DNA from: Bispira polyomma
Taxonomy: Eukaryota
Direction of reading: 5' to 3'
NCBI GenBank assembly: GCA_965649765.1
Contig: OZ287748.1
Location: 36,084,001-36,148,000, forward strand
DNA length: 64,000 nt
Shown: piece by piece, positions 50,408 through 64,000 of the stretch
How the letters are laid out: each line of letters opens with the position of its first letter
How positions within the stretch are numbered: position 1 is the first letter of the stretch
Translations under genes and position numbers: made by a program
Notes under the pieces: generated by a model
What the model was told of the DNA's origin: nothing
What the model saw: only the letters and a program-made list of their open reading frames with translations
Database searches by the model: none

Positions 50408-52273
50408 TAACATGTATGTGTTGGTATACACGTCAACATATTTTTCTCCCAAACTACAGGTGATATATGTTTTATTTGCAGGTACTTTGGGTAATTCTAT
50501 TGTTTATCTGGGTCCGGGGTTTACCTGGGTTAAGTGGTGGTTCCACATTCAAGTTCGATCAGCATTAGATGTTTAGTTTGAAAATGTTTGACGATTCATA
50601 AAATATCAAATATTTTTTTTAACTTTTGGGTTTAGAGACTTGGAATGTATTGTGACTGTGTAGGAAACCAGGACCACAGAATCTAATGTACCAGTCAGAT
50701 TTTATTTGTGGTCTTGTGTCCAAGGTGAGGCTGGTGTCATAAAGACCAATATCCAGTATATTGTGTCATATTTTAAAACATATGACTTAGAATACCATTA
50801 CACTTGCTCCACAAAGTTACTGATATGGTTTGGAACCATAAAGATCTGTTTCAAGGTCACTTTTATAAATCAAAAAAGGTTTACAGGCTTGGTATGTTGT
50901 ATGAGTGTATAGGAAACCAGGGTCAGAGAATCTAATGCACTGGTCAGATTTGATCTGTGACATTGGGGTTCCAGATTTTAACAAAATATTATTTGACTAT
51001 AATTATCATTGTTGTATTTGTGATACATTGAGCAACTGTAGAATTACATTTAATGCAACTATTTTTTTATTTTAATTTTTAAAGAGAATGCAAGTCAAGA
51101 ACAATACCTGAAAAATGCATATTCGGCCGAGGACATTGAAATTGAAGAATGTTCACCTTTTGAGGGTATTCTGTAACTTGTATATATACACAATGAATCT
51201 GCTTACTCTTCTGGTATATTGAAATAATAAACATATACATTTATATCATATATATTTATATCAAATACAAAAATAACGTATGTTATTGATAATTTGGTAA
51301 AAGCAGAAACATCTGTTTATGGACTTAATTAAGCATCTCTTGGAGAGAGTGCTTTTTTGTTTTCATGTTTGGTTTCCTTTCCGCTGCAAGCCATTATGGT
51401 ATTCTTTAAATTTCTCCTTCAAGATTATATTAATCAAATCAAAATCAAAACCAGTTATCTTAGCCAGCAGCAGAAACAAATTTTCAGATACTTAGATTTG
51501 AACTTTAACCTACTTAAAAGTCACACGACTCTGGTCTAAATGTGCTTGTCATTGAAAGTATTTGTCATAGCTCAACACTATTTGGCATTAACATTGGTAA
51601 GGCAACTGGCCAGTTAATAAATTGCCAGTTAATTTTGAGGACAATCGGTTTATAATTGACAGCCAGTTGGTGTGTCTACTTTTTAATTTCATCTGGGATG
51701 TAAAAATTTTAGGGTTCTACATACTGTACTTAGTTAGTATGGAGTGCCTGAATTGAGTACTTTGCTCTATCTCTCCCTTTTATTGACTTGTCTCTTAAAG
51801 TATTGGTCATAGCTCAATGAAATATGGCATGCATATTACAAATATAAATGCCAAGACGTCTATACATTTAGAGATTATTCAGGTGATAAGTATCTGATTG
51901 ACAAGAGATTTGTTTTCAATTCAGATGTGAAAACTTGTATTTTGTTGGCTCTTATCTCAGAAAGTATTTTAAGGCTACTTTAGTATAAGTAAGTCAATTA
52001 TGTTGGCGCTTATCAAGTCGTAGATGACTAAATAGATTGGAATGGTACATGGTAAGTATAATGAAGTTTGTCTGTGCTGGTAAATATACTAGTCACACGT
52101 TTGACATCAGATACATGTATCAAAGTCCAAACAGATAAATGTTTTGCTATTCTGCATTAACTCTACAATCAACAGTTAATTGTGTGAAAGAACTAGGCCT
52201 ATATATATATAAATCTAAAAAATTACATTGCATTAAGGAGGCATTTTTCTGCAAGTATAATATAACCTTCACT

Positions 52274-53185
52274 ATGGATATATTAAGTAGGCAGCAAGTC
52301 ACTAAGTATTTAAGTGATACCTTAAACATCCAACATTGGGCAGAAGAGTTTTCATCGCAGCCGCTTAAGTTATTGAATGAAGTTATTTACAAATTGCATG
52401 GTACTCTGCCATATCAGAATTTCAAACACCTGAGTAAGCCACTAATGGAGAGACAACCTGCGAGTAAAGAAGAAAGCGTGAAGAACCTCCTTAATGGATT
52501 CGGAGGAATGTGTTGGGAGAATAATGTGGCAGTTTATGCTCTTTTGACAGTACTTGGCTACAGCCCAGAATTATACCTGTGTAACGTTGTTCTTGAACAT
52601 CCTGGAGCTATTGGAAACCATGCCCTAATTGTAGTATCTGATGTGGTAAAGAAAGGTGACAAATATCTAGTAGATCTGGGGATGGCATTTCCCAATTTCC
52701 AGGCAATCAACTTAGAATTAAATGAGAACGGAGAGAGTGACATTATGACACAGTCCTTTAAAACATACAAGATTATCAAAAGGGACGACCATTTTGTTCG
52801 TGTCCATAAAAAAGTTACTCTGGGTGACAGCGGTCATGCTGCCAGTTCTGTATGGCATGATGCTTATCATTTTCATTTGGTAAAGAATAGCCATGAAGAA
52901 ATACAAAGAAATATCAGTCAAGCAGAATACACAAGGCCTGATAGTCTCTTCAACAATAGCCTACGCTGTATGAGCTGGATCAATGGCAAATGTATTGGAA
53001 TATGCGACAACATCCTACTGAAAGAGGATGCTACTGGGAAGTTACAGCCTGAGAGAATTGCTAATGAAAGGGAGTTTCTTAAAGTATGTGCAAGTTATTT
53101 TCCCAAGATTGATAAAGATATCATAAGAAAAGCACTAATAAGTGTTCCACTATGTACTGAACAAACGCATGACCTTTTTGTTTGA
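52274..53185 (+). CDS. Arylamine N-acetyltransferase (NAT)-family protein, ~303 aa, intronless
   Basis: PYQNF (~PFENL), GGMCWENN (catalytic Cys), NHALIVV (His) and YLVDLG (Asp) form the Cys-His-Asp triad in NAT order; start placed at MDILS rather than the upstream ATG at 52139. Confidence 0.88.
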   Translation: MDILSRQQVTKYLSDTLNIQHWAEEFSSQPLKLLNEVIYKLHGTLPYQNFKHLSKPLMERQPASKEESVKNLLNGFGGMCWENNVAVYALLTVLGYSPELYLCNVVLEHPGAIGNHALIVVSDVVKKGDKYLVDLGMAFPNFQAINLELNENGESDIMTQSFKTYKIIKRDDHFVRVHKKVTLGDSGHAASSVWHDAYHFHLVKNSHEEIQRNISQAEYTRPDSLFNNSLRCMSWINGKCIGICDNILLKEDATGKLQPERIANEREFLKVCASYFPKIDKDIIRKALISVPLCTEQTHDLFV

Positions 53186-53592
53186 ATGGAAGGACAATGT
53201 TACACTTGCAATAACAATATGTGGTAACAGAAAATAGTTTTTAGCTGGTTTAGATTAAAATGATTTCAAGTTATACACTTGCAATGATAATATGTGGCAA
53301 TAGTGATTAGGTTTTTTCCAGTTTATAATAAAAAACTGACCCTAAGATTCCTGATGTTGGCATTAAGATTGATACACTTGGTTATTAATATTGTCTGTTA
53401 AACTTTGTTATGAAGATATATCTCACAAACCATGCTTTTCTTTTTTGCTTTGCACATTGGTTCAGTCACAGTCAACCAGTTTAATTGTTTCATTTTATGT
53501 GTACTTATCTTCGCCTCAGGCTTGGTTTTATTGTTAAACTACCTATATTTCTGTCTGCCTTCACTTTAACTTTGCTGTTTTCCCTTCCCTGC

Positions 53593-53870
53593 CAGGGGAG
53601 TAGCCAGGTTTTTTCATCTGGTACTTCCAAATTAAACCAATGTATTAATGGGGAGGGGGGGGGGGGGGGATCAGGGTAATATTTTGGTTTAATTGGGGGG
53701 TACCAAAATTTTTTATTTAACAACAGGAATCTATGTTACTACTAAAACAATCAGAATAAAGTTTAAATTTATTTTTTTTTTTTTAATTTTTTTTTTAATA
53801 TTTTTTTTTCTTTCTTGTCATTAAATTGGTACGCCTGCGGGTACTGGCGTAAATGGTAGCTACGCCCCTG
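53593..53870. mobile_element. MITE, same family as 37857-38131
   Basis: caggggagtagccagg ... tggtagctacgcccctg termini; internal G-run. Confidence 0.85.
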
Positions 53871-55084
53871 TCCAGAGGGATGGATGATCATGTACAACTG
53901 TTTTGCAAAAAAATTCTTCCATCCCCACAGGTGTTGTTTGATCTGTGTACCAAAATTGTCTTTAAATGAACTTTTTCTTTCTAAAGATCACAGAAAGCAG
54001 GTTTCGAGAGAAATTTTCAAAGAAACTTTGTTTATATACAAATTATTACAATTTTTTGCCTATCTAAAATGTGATGATATTGTTTATGGTATCAAAACAT
54101 TGTTTGTAAATGTAATGTCTCTGATGTTTCAAAACAGCATTTTGTCCACCCACCCCCAAAACAACCCAAATTTGACCGACATTTTATCCACCATCATTTT
54201 GTTCTGGATTCACTAGTTCCATAGTTTTAGCAATATAGGTTGTGATGGTCTTGTCACTGATGATTTGCTTTACCACAGACCAGCAGGATCAAATTTGCTT
54301 ATAATTCAGATCATAGAAGTGAGGGCTGTATGTTTCAACTTGTGAGCATCCGGTTCAACTCCTGACATGTCCAAAACTAATGCAACCGCCTATACCTGTC
54401 TCGACAACTTTGTGCACAGTACTGCCTTAATCAGTACAATTTCATGAAAGATAATGGAGTGTTTATGAAACAAAAAGTCTTGTTTATAACGATGCCAACA
54501 CTTAGAGGGACAATTATGAAACAATGTGAAAAGTTTGGATCCGTTTATTTCCTGTTACAAATAAAGAGTTTTGTAGATAGTTATAGCATCAGATGCTGTC
54601 CCTAGCTCAATGGTTGGACGCTAAAGTGTTACAGTTTCAGCATTTTAACTATTTTTGTTAATGCCCTACACGAGGCGACCAATGAAAAGTTACTAGTTCT
54701 TAAAATTAAACTACTAACAGCAATTACTCTTCCTACATGTGTTTTACTTTTCAACCTTTTATCGGAATCCTGAACAAAATAACAGTGGACAAAATGCCGG
54801 TGGTCAAAATAGTAATGTACAAAATGCCGGTCAAATTTAAGATGCCGGACAAAATGCTGGGCCGTTTTTATGGTGGGCGGATAAAATGTTGGTATTGTCA
54901 AAACACCAAAACATTTTCAAGACATTACATTTAGAAACATGTCATCACATTTTGTTTGCCCCCCAAAAAATGTTTGGGCACAATACTATAAACAATTCTA
55001 TGCAAAGTTTAAGGACTTGGATTACAAGATCTCTATAAAGAAGATGAAAACTTCAGACACTTTGTGGCATGCTTAATGTAGGGT

Positions 55085-55455
55085 TACATAATAGGGTTAA
55101 ATTGTGTGTCCAATTCTATTTTCCTTATACACAGCACCCCTCAGTCGTGTCATTGACAAGAACAAATCAATCAAGTATCATTTCTATGCTGATGATACGC
55201 AACTTTATGTTTATTTATCAAATAGAATTGCAACTTCTGCATTTAATCACCTTAAAGCTGTCTTGACGATGTTTACAAGTGGATGCATATAGTAAAGGCT
55301 TTTTTACCTTACCCTCTTAGCTTTTTCCGACGTCTCTATATTCACGACCCCTGTACTTTAAACGGCTATATGAAATTGTCAAAATGATTTTCTGTCTCAT
55401 GCGCCTTAGAATATGCTAACATAGAGATAAGCGCTATAAAAGTTAGATTAGATTA
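55085..55455 (+). mobile_element. Internally deleted L2-group LINE fragment
   Basis: PILFSLYTAPLS...YHFYADDTQLY RT segment followed by a 3' tail gagataagcgc...ttagattagatt. Confidence 0.75.
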
Positions 55456-57239
55456 AACTAGAGGAGATTAATAGTTTGGCTTTCTTGTCCCTTGTCACTA
55501 GCATTTGACTTTAAGCAGCCTGTGGAGAACCACCAGAGAAAAGACAAAGAAAGTGCACCAAAGACCTCCAAGAATCTCAATAACTTATGTGTTTAGAGGT
55601 CCAGTGAGGGAACATCCATTGAAAAAATTCTTGAATAGAATATCTATAAGGCTTAAGTTATTACAAAGTCCTGAAAATCAAAGATAAAAAAAATCATAGT
55701 TCATGCTTGTGTACATATATGGCGGGGACCATCAGTAACAGTTGTAACAATACCAGAATTTTGTTCACCAAACCCCTTAAAAGGGACGACATTTTGTTTG
55801 CCTTTGTAAAGTTGACTGGTATTTTATCCACCGGCGTTTTGTCCATGCCCCCTTCTATCCTGGTTACAAATGTATACTCTCAATAATGCTACTGTTTAGT
55901 GTGGTGTTCTATGCAAGTTTTTATCGCTAACTTAAATAAATAATCAGATAATATTTGTATGGATATGTGAAACCAACTAAATATTTAGTAAACAAGTTAT
56001 ATATGAATACTGCAATGGTGATAATTACTATCTGATTATGACACCCTGCGTGATAATTTAACTACAAAGAAATTCTGTTGGTAAAATAAGGACACATTTT
56101 CCTTTTGATGACATATTTATCTCACACATCAGACATATGTATTTTCTCCGTGACAAAAATAAAGCCTGATTTGAATCTTTTGAAATGATGCATTTTATTG
56201 GATATAACATGCAATTTTTAGTAAGTAGGTCATTACTTTAGTAAGTAAACACAGATGAAGAGTGGTTTATCTAGTTGGCCTGTTTATATTTAATATGCTT
56301 ATATTGTAATTAATATCTTTAACAGTATAAAATAAAATGTTTGTATATATAACCACAAATAAATTGGTTTTATAAAAATCAGTTTGCATACAGTGTATAT
56401 CTTCTGACGAAAGTTCAAGTATCTCATTTTTAGATTTATGTTTTATGGTTAGCTTCAAAAAAAATTTGTGTAAAATATAAAACAAATCTCTAAATGACCA
56501 GCCTCCTGAGAGTCTTGTCCAGGCGCCCCATGATTCACTATTCTTGGAATGTATTCTCCAAAAAAAGTCAAGCTCACACTTAGACTCAACTCCAAAGAAG
56601 GCTATGTGGAAGTCCTTCTATATGGAGTAAACCTGTACTTGTGACCATTCATTTTAATAGAGCTTTGAGCACTAAAGTCAAATATCTAGTCAGATTTGAT
56701 GTATCCTAATTGAAGGAACAGACCAAACACTGACCTTCTGTAGTCTGTTATGGTTTCAATCATAACTTAGTTTTTGGTCTAAATCAAATTCAATATTTGC
56801 TATTTTTTTGTGAATGTAAATATTTTTGGTTCTCTTATCACCACTAAAGTACAGATTAAAGTAGGCAACAACAGAATCAAATTAACCAGTCCAAAAAAAA
56901 CATAACCAAAGTAGTAAGAAAGGATGAAATGTGTACCTGCAGCGAATGAAGGGAGTTTGAACAGATAGGTTTTATCTTTTCTCCTAAACCCAAAAAGTGT
57001 TTTGGAAAGTTTCTTTTCCCCTTTGATGGTTGCTGAAGGAAAGGCGAGCAGCAAAGTATAAGGGTTGTTGAGAGATAAGTGGTTACATGGATCTTAAACA
57101 AAATTGGATGGTAAATGGGAAGCCAGTGTAATTGTTTGAGGTATTGAGAGACATCAATGCGGATGTCCAGACAAAAGATGACTACACATATAGTTATGAA
57201 AGGACTGTAACTTTTTTATGTGAGATTCTTTTACCTCAA

Positions 57240-57963
57240 ACTTCTGTCTGTATATCCTGTTTTGTCAGTCTGAGAGGTCTAAGACAAGTGAAATTCTTTT
57301 TGTTGCGGGATACTGCTGTGTTGTTGGCTAATGCACTTGTGAGCGGTTGACTATTGTAACTTATTGATAAGCAGTTTGTCTGCCAAGAACATGTCTCGCC
57401 TTCAGACAATACAGAATACTCTAGCTGGTATCATGACTAATACCTCAAAGTATTCCCACATATCTCTTGTTCTAAAAGATTTGCACTAGCTTAAATTTTG
57501 ATGTATGTTAAAAAATACCGCATTGGTCTACAAGTCTCTCAATACAGGCCTTTCAAAATACCTCAACCCATATCTCAACCCTTACTCTCAGCAAGTCAAT
57601 ACCCGTCGTGGTAATCCTAACAAATTATTTCTCAATGTTCCTACTTTTGATCGCAGCGTACTCAGATCCAGTCCATTTCAATCATAGTTTCTCATATGCT
57701 GCACCCAAGTTATGGAATGACCTACCACAAGATATTAGATGCTCAACTTCTTGTTCAACTTGTAGAAGTAAGCTTAAGACCTATATCTCTATCAAAAAGT
57801 TTATCCCTCCTGACCCGGTCTTACCATCATCGACTCCCTTCCTGGTAACGACACCTTTTCTATCAACCATAACATAAATACTGAATAAACATTATGATTT
57901 TTTTAGCTATAGAATCTGATAGTGTGGAGATTAAGCGCCATTACAGAATTGATTAGATTAGAT
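57240..57963 (+). mobile_element. L2-group LINE 3' fragment
   Basis: DTAVLLANALVS, SFSYAAPKLWNDLP, KLKTY; (GATTA)n tail; a short inverted fragment (SLDTAILVANSLVSS) abuts at ~57960-58050. Confidence 0.8.
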
Positions 57964-60900
57964 CAAACAGGAGGGAATTGCCATAGTTAGGGTAGCTACT
58001 TACAAGAGAGTTAGCCACTAAAATTGCAGTATCCAGTGACAACCGAGAAAAATTCCAGGGTATATGTGTATTGCAACAGTCAATGTCAATGTGATACAAT
58101 GGTGTGTGATACAAACTATGGCATTTGTGGTATTTGTTGTCCAATTGATATTTAACTCAGCTTAATATATCCTTGATTTATAGGGCTTCAATGCATCAAT
58201 TTACCTTTTCTTGACTGCACAATGGCAGGCATCCAGCACCAATAACTGTCAATGCACTAACTGAACACAGAGGAGACTTGAGGATAACAAATCATCAAAG
58301 CAAAAGAAAACAACAGTGTAAACAACAACAAGGTTAGATTCACCTAGTATGAAAGGACAGTTTCCCAATAATAATAATAATAATAATAAACAACCAGAAA
58401 CTACAGTGTCTGCATCTCATTAAATATGATTCATCACATGTAATATAGGTGTTCCTGCGAAGTAGGTAAGTGACCGGTTTGCCTTGCATTTCTATGTAAA
58501 TTTTGTAAATACATCAGTTTAATTTGTTTGTTAATTTGTTCTTTGTCGCCAGTGATGAGTAATACATTGCACAATTTTTACCTTCCGATATAGAACTGAT
58601 GACAAAACGATATGCTTATGTGGTAAGACAACTATGTATAGTCCATAAAGAGAAGAAAGCTATTTTAAGGGCACTGAGGTAAACAATGTATATATGTAAA
58701 TGAGGAGTATCTACTTATCAGAACAGACAGTTTGTACTCTAATACCTCCAGACAGGAAAGAGATATGTATAGTATAGACCACACCAGATGTATATACAGT
58801 ATCTATTTAGTACATGACAAACCAAACTTAAGTGGGGGTGGAGAACAAATACATATTGGTTATATTTATTGATTTATTTCATGTGGTGACCACTACGTGT
58901 TGTTAATTAGAACAGTCATTACCAAGTGCTTGTTGTAACACACAGTGCAATTTGGTCGTTAACAACATGGTTTTACTACAAAATTTGCATTTTTGTCTAA
59001 TTTTGACAATGATATAAGTTCTCTTTCCTAAAAGGCTCATAAAGCTGTACATGATTTTATGGATCACCTTTCACATTAGGACGCACCAGTGACAGTTAGA
59101 ACAGTGAAATTAACAGTTATACTGGTGGATAAAATAGTACAAGGAGTCATTTATGTAACGGGCAACGTGTAAACAGAGAAAGGTGTTGATACTTTCTCCA
59201 TAATATGTAATAAATCTGGCTCTCTACTTAGCCTTGTATAATACAATTGCAACAGATATGCATAAAGGTGTCCAGGTAGATAACAAATCAGTCACTTTAC
59301 GATTTATATGTTGACTACCTTTTGTTGTGGATACTGATTAACACACTAGGTATTTATGACACAGGGATGTTATCTGATAGCTTTTATTAGCTTAACCTCT
59401 GGATTAATGTCTCCATTTGCTCTGCGGACCTCGATGGTATAGTAGTAACTCACTCACCGCGCCCCATCTCCTAAGCCTTAACACTTTTGTGCATCTATTC
59501 TAATTCCGAGTGACATTCCAGGCTTTAGTAACTATTTTCCTCAGCGATTTGACCTACTTTTGAATTATGTCAGCTATGACGCATTACCCAGTCATGTTAT
59601 GATACTTTGTAGTTGCAAGCATTGACATTACAGTGAAAATATTTCTAATAATTTAAAATCATTTGCTCAGCAATCAAATGTCTTTAATGTGTAATAGTTC
59701 TAGTTGCATGTATTGTGACAAGTCTAATTCATTAAATTATACTTTGAACAGATATGAATTTGTATTGAAACCTATACACATTAAGATAAAGAGACTATTT
59801 ATCCTTAAAAAAAAAAAAAAAATAGTTTTTGACAATTAATGACCTCATTTCATTAGATATTCATCACTACAAATGTAGAAATTCTGGGTTAATCGCAAAC
59901 CACAAAAAAAACAACAAAAAACAAATATGATGACGTCATCAATCTTGATGGTCACATCTCCAGTTACAGAAAAACACATTATATCATGCAATAAACACTC
60001 AGGCTACCAGCTAATAAATCAAAAACATACTCTTTTTGCATCGTTTCATAGTAAATAAGCCTCACAAATTTGTCAATAAAAATCAACAAACAATTAGCCT
60101 GTTGGTGACAGAGTGGTGTTTACTTTTTTTCCCTGAAATGGAGAGACCGGATATATGAGGCTGTGAAGGTAGCTCCAGCTAATGCTCTTGTGGGGGTCAT
60201 ATCAACCATGAGGTGGAGTAAATGGATCTCACATCCGTCCTACTCAAAAAACTACTCTCAGTCAGTCTTTAAAAGTTAAGGTGACAGGCGATGTATAAGT
60301 AGAAATATACACAATAGGTTTTGCATTATTTTAAAATGTCACCGACTCCAAATATATAAGTGGTCGTAGGATATTTATTATATATAAGTATAAAACTTCA
60401 ACTAGATACACATATACAAATATCGGTTTTTCTTGTGAAGATTAATTTTCCTATTTAGAATAAATTTAGGTGTTTTTTTTTAATATTTCAACCCTTATTT
60501 CATGACAAGAACCACCTCGATAATAATTACATACATTTTAAGTTTTGAAGTTTAAAAATTACAATGAAACAGTCTTACAGTATTCAATCATATACTTTTG
60601 GCATTGCCTCTTTTGTCTTTGTTGTTATTTTTAGGTAATACCCAAAGCAGTTAATCTATACAACTAGGCTTCAGATGCTTTTCTTCACATAACCTCAAGG
60701 TACTACTGGTTGGAAAATTCTGTATAAAGAACTAGGCCAGCCATCTAATGTGGCATTAAATGACGTGAGTAGCTGGCCCTGATAAGGATGTCAGTACAGA
60801 CGCCTCTCAACAGTCTCTGTAATGTTATTATGTCTGGTGTTGTACAGAAAAAAACCAACATTTCCTGTTTTGCCCAACACTTCTGGGTATTTGTCTTCTT

Positions 60901-61224
60901 TAAAAAAATTCACAAACAAAAAATTTCACAATGAAACATTTAACATGAAGCCATTTTAGGATAGTTATGTAAGACTTACTTGGAAAAAAACTGTTGGTTT
61001 TAGCTTTAACTGTAACGCTTATGCACCTGATAATATATATCCAATAGGGCTATGTGAAAATATATGGTTCGAACAACAGGCAAGCTTTTCTAATCAGATA
61101 TTATTCATAGTCTAATATGATGGTATAGCTTGTATGGTGCCTACTAGAACGAAGGCTTTCTTCAAAGTAAGGATTAATCATATGTGAAATAAAGTACAAA
61201 TGTGAGAAAATGAATATAAACACA

Positions 61225-61380
61225 TGGAGGTTAAAGAGTGAGGTGTCATCAGCATACATATGAACACAGACTTTATACTTACTAATGGAGTATATCACCA
61301 GTTAACTGATGAACAGAGACTATTTGTCCTACTGGGAATGAATCAATGGGCAACGTACAAGCAAGGTAACACAAGCATAC
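61225..61380 (-). mobile_element. Short LINE RT fragment
   Basis: VHMYADDTSL motif. Confidence 0.55.
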
Positions 61381-61899
61381 AAGACGAAAGGCATACCACA
61401 CAGAAGATGTTGACAGCCTGATGTAAATGTCATTGGTTTATACTTAATCAGATGATTAATAACGATATAATTTTGTGGTGTATTCAAATTTATACTCAAA
61501 ACTTATTTTCCTTTTCTTGACTACCAGTAACTGCCCTAAAATAGCATCCAATGACCGAGGACCACCACCATCTAGGCCACTATGTATCTGGCGATACCTG
61601 GTTGGCCCTGGCTGACATTGACCCAGGTCCTGTGCATTTAAAATAACTGTATTAAGTTATTTTAGGACAGAGCCACATATCCCAAGCAAACCTTGCAGTA
61701 AATCAAATAAGCACGGGGAATAATCTACACTATCAAATGCTTTCAAAACGTGCAAAAGTGCAAGCATGATACAATTAGCTATGGTGCAGTAAGGCTCTCA
61801 AGACTTATAATGTCCACTGAAGGTTGTCACAGTTGAAAGTAGGTAGACGGAATATATTGGTGCTACAGGCATCAAATAATAATATGTAGTGGAAAAATG

Positions 61900-62210
61900 T
61901 AGTGTTCTGTGGACGTTTCGCCCCAACAACAACTTATCTCTTGATGAAAAGGCTTATCTTTTGGATTCGGGACAATCCCAGAAATTTTCAAACATGTTAC
62001 ATAAACTCTGCTGTATCGGCCGATCAGTCAGGGCCCCTGCAGAGTTATCTTTGCCTTGTAATGACTTATCTTTTGATAAAAAGACTTTTCGTCCCAATGA
62101 CTTATCTTTTGATGAAATTTCACCTCAAATAGCAAGGTTGGCAGACTTATCTTTATGAGATTGTGGTGGGTTTAAGACCTATCTTTGTCAGTTTAGACTT
62201 ATCTTTTCCT
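61900..62210 (+). repeat. Cluster of (g)acttatcttt(tgat) subrepeats, likely a DNA-transposon subterminal region
   Basis: About 7 copies at irregular spacing. Confidence 0.55.
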
Positions 62211-62600
62211 TCCAACGATTTTTTCCCCTCTTTTTTTTTCCAAAATCGTCGGGAAATGCCAAAGATTGGCCAGGATCCTTTTAATTAGGACCTCTCCTGA
62301 TTATAGTCTTGATTGTGGAACAGCCCCTTTATAATATTCCAGTATCTTATTCGAAATAAAATCCCGGCATTTACTGACATGTATTATTTATTGCTCATCT
62401 TAAGGGCGTTACAGACAGCCGCCGACCTAACACAACATGGCAAAAATAGAAATAACACAAAATATAGAGATTATTTAGACTTCTTCCGATACAGCAATAC
62501 ACTACACGACAATTAAACTTTGAGAAATCTCTATAAAACGTTGTGTTGTTATGTTACCCCATATATATGTAATACGTAGTTAAATCATTGGGGGGGGGGG

Positions 62601-62662
<62 letters not shown>

Positions 62663-64000
62663 ATTATGTAGTGCTGTGTGTTGTGCTTGATGTGATCAGT
62701 ACTGTCGTGCAATGTTGTGACTTCCCCTGTAGTGTAATGTAATGTTGTGTAGTTAGTGGTCTATAAAGCCCTTAACTCATAATTGTGTTGTGAGATTGGA
62801 ATACAACACGACCATTTTATTGACACACTGTCTGAGTGTTAAACTTATTAATAAACTACATCCTAATTTGTTTTTGTCTTCAGTAAACATGAATATAATA
62901 ACCAAATTTTGACAGTCATGGCCACAATATATTACGGGAGTGGACCCCCTCCTCTTACAAAATCCTGCATTCTCTCATGCAAACTGTAAGGATACTATTT
63001 TAATTTTTGTTGCAGTGTCAAACATAACATTTATTTAAGCCTCAAAATCTATGTTGTTTTAGAACAAATATTATTACTGATTAACCCAAATATGATATGT
63101 GTAAGCAGAAATAACAGTGCCACAGATCAAGCTGCAGACTAAACTTGTTATGTATGCTATAAAGTTAATAATGATTTTGTAGTATTTAAAGTCCTATTGT
63201 TGTACATATAAGTCAAGAAGTAAGGTTACTGTATTACTGAAAATTTTAGCCAGACAAAAATTATCACTATTCTATTATTTTGTAAGAAATTCACCGGAAG
63301 TCATTTTCATTACTAGCCATACTTTAGTTCAAATATTAATACAAATTAAAATTTCTACTTATGAATTGACTATAACTTTCAAAAGTCACAGTACCTAAAA
63401 TAGTTAAAAAAAAATTAATTTAAAAATTAAATTGAAAAAATTAAAAAAATTGAATAATTATATAAAATCTAAATCATATATAAAAGTAAATAAATAAATA
63501 ATTTAAAAAAGTTAAATAAGGTCACAATACCTAAATTATTTCATTTAAATTCTTGGTGAAACTTTCACGACAGTATTTGTCAGACAGCTAACTCTGAAGG
63601 AGTAGACAGTACTTCTAAAGAAGCTATGGAATTTATAAGTTTTTATGTATTTTAACCCTGCATTTTCCCCTGTTAATCTGTACAGTTAAATGTTGATATT
63701 TGTACTCTGGATAGGTTTTAGTAAAAAATGTAGCAATTCTTCTTTCATCTTGACTTCTCAGTAAACACACATTAAAGTATGTTTAAATAACTTTTACAAA
63801 CTATTAAACAGGTGAGTAGATTTGTTAAGTGTTTAAGTCTATACCCAAACAAAAGTCTATCCAGATTTGGAATAATATTTGATCCAATGATTCATGAAAT
63901 CCAACTGACCCATTTCTAAAAGACTTGTCTGAATGAGAGGAATAAAAAATATATGTTGATTTTTTTACCCCGATCTTGTGCAAGTCCAAACAGTGATTTG

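Noticed and set aside
52139-52273. N-terminal extension of the NAT ORF from the upstream ATG
   Set aside because: AT-rich and intron/UTR-like; NAT-family length and motif spacing fit a start at 52274
62667-62860. tgtag...ctaca segment with TATAAA/AATAAA as a solo LTR
   Set aside because: No TSD, AATAAA abuts the end, and no second copy in the window

Overview
AT-rich animal (metazoan) genomic DNA, not prokaryotic. Spliceosomal introns, tRNA-derived SINEs (one with a Nin/Deu-type domain), L2-clade LINEs and many MITEs suggest an invertebrate, possibly a mollusc or other lophotrochozoan (inference). Three host genes are supported: (1) a four-coding-exon EMC6 gene (19513-26415, +, 116 aa) whose last intron is a minor-spliceosome U12-type intron; (2) a single-exon ORF (43757-44803, +) for a predicted disordered protein with PP1-docking, kinase and PDZ-ligand motifs; (3) an intronless arylamine N-acetyltransferase-family gene (52274-53185, +). 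The most unusual object is a 5.5-kb DIRS1-like tyrosine-recombinase retroelement (26889-32353). Its inverted terminal repeats and internal complementary region are intact, its RT/RNaseH/YR coding regions are heavily decayed, and its 3' part carries nine ~95-nt repeats that each fold into the same stem-loop with compensatory changes. The rest is LINE/SINE/MITE/Penelope debris, tandem duplications and possible 5' exons of a minus-strand gene running off the left edge. All calls were made by eye; no database searches were run.
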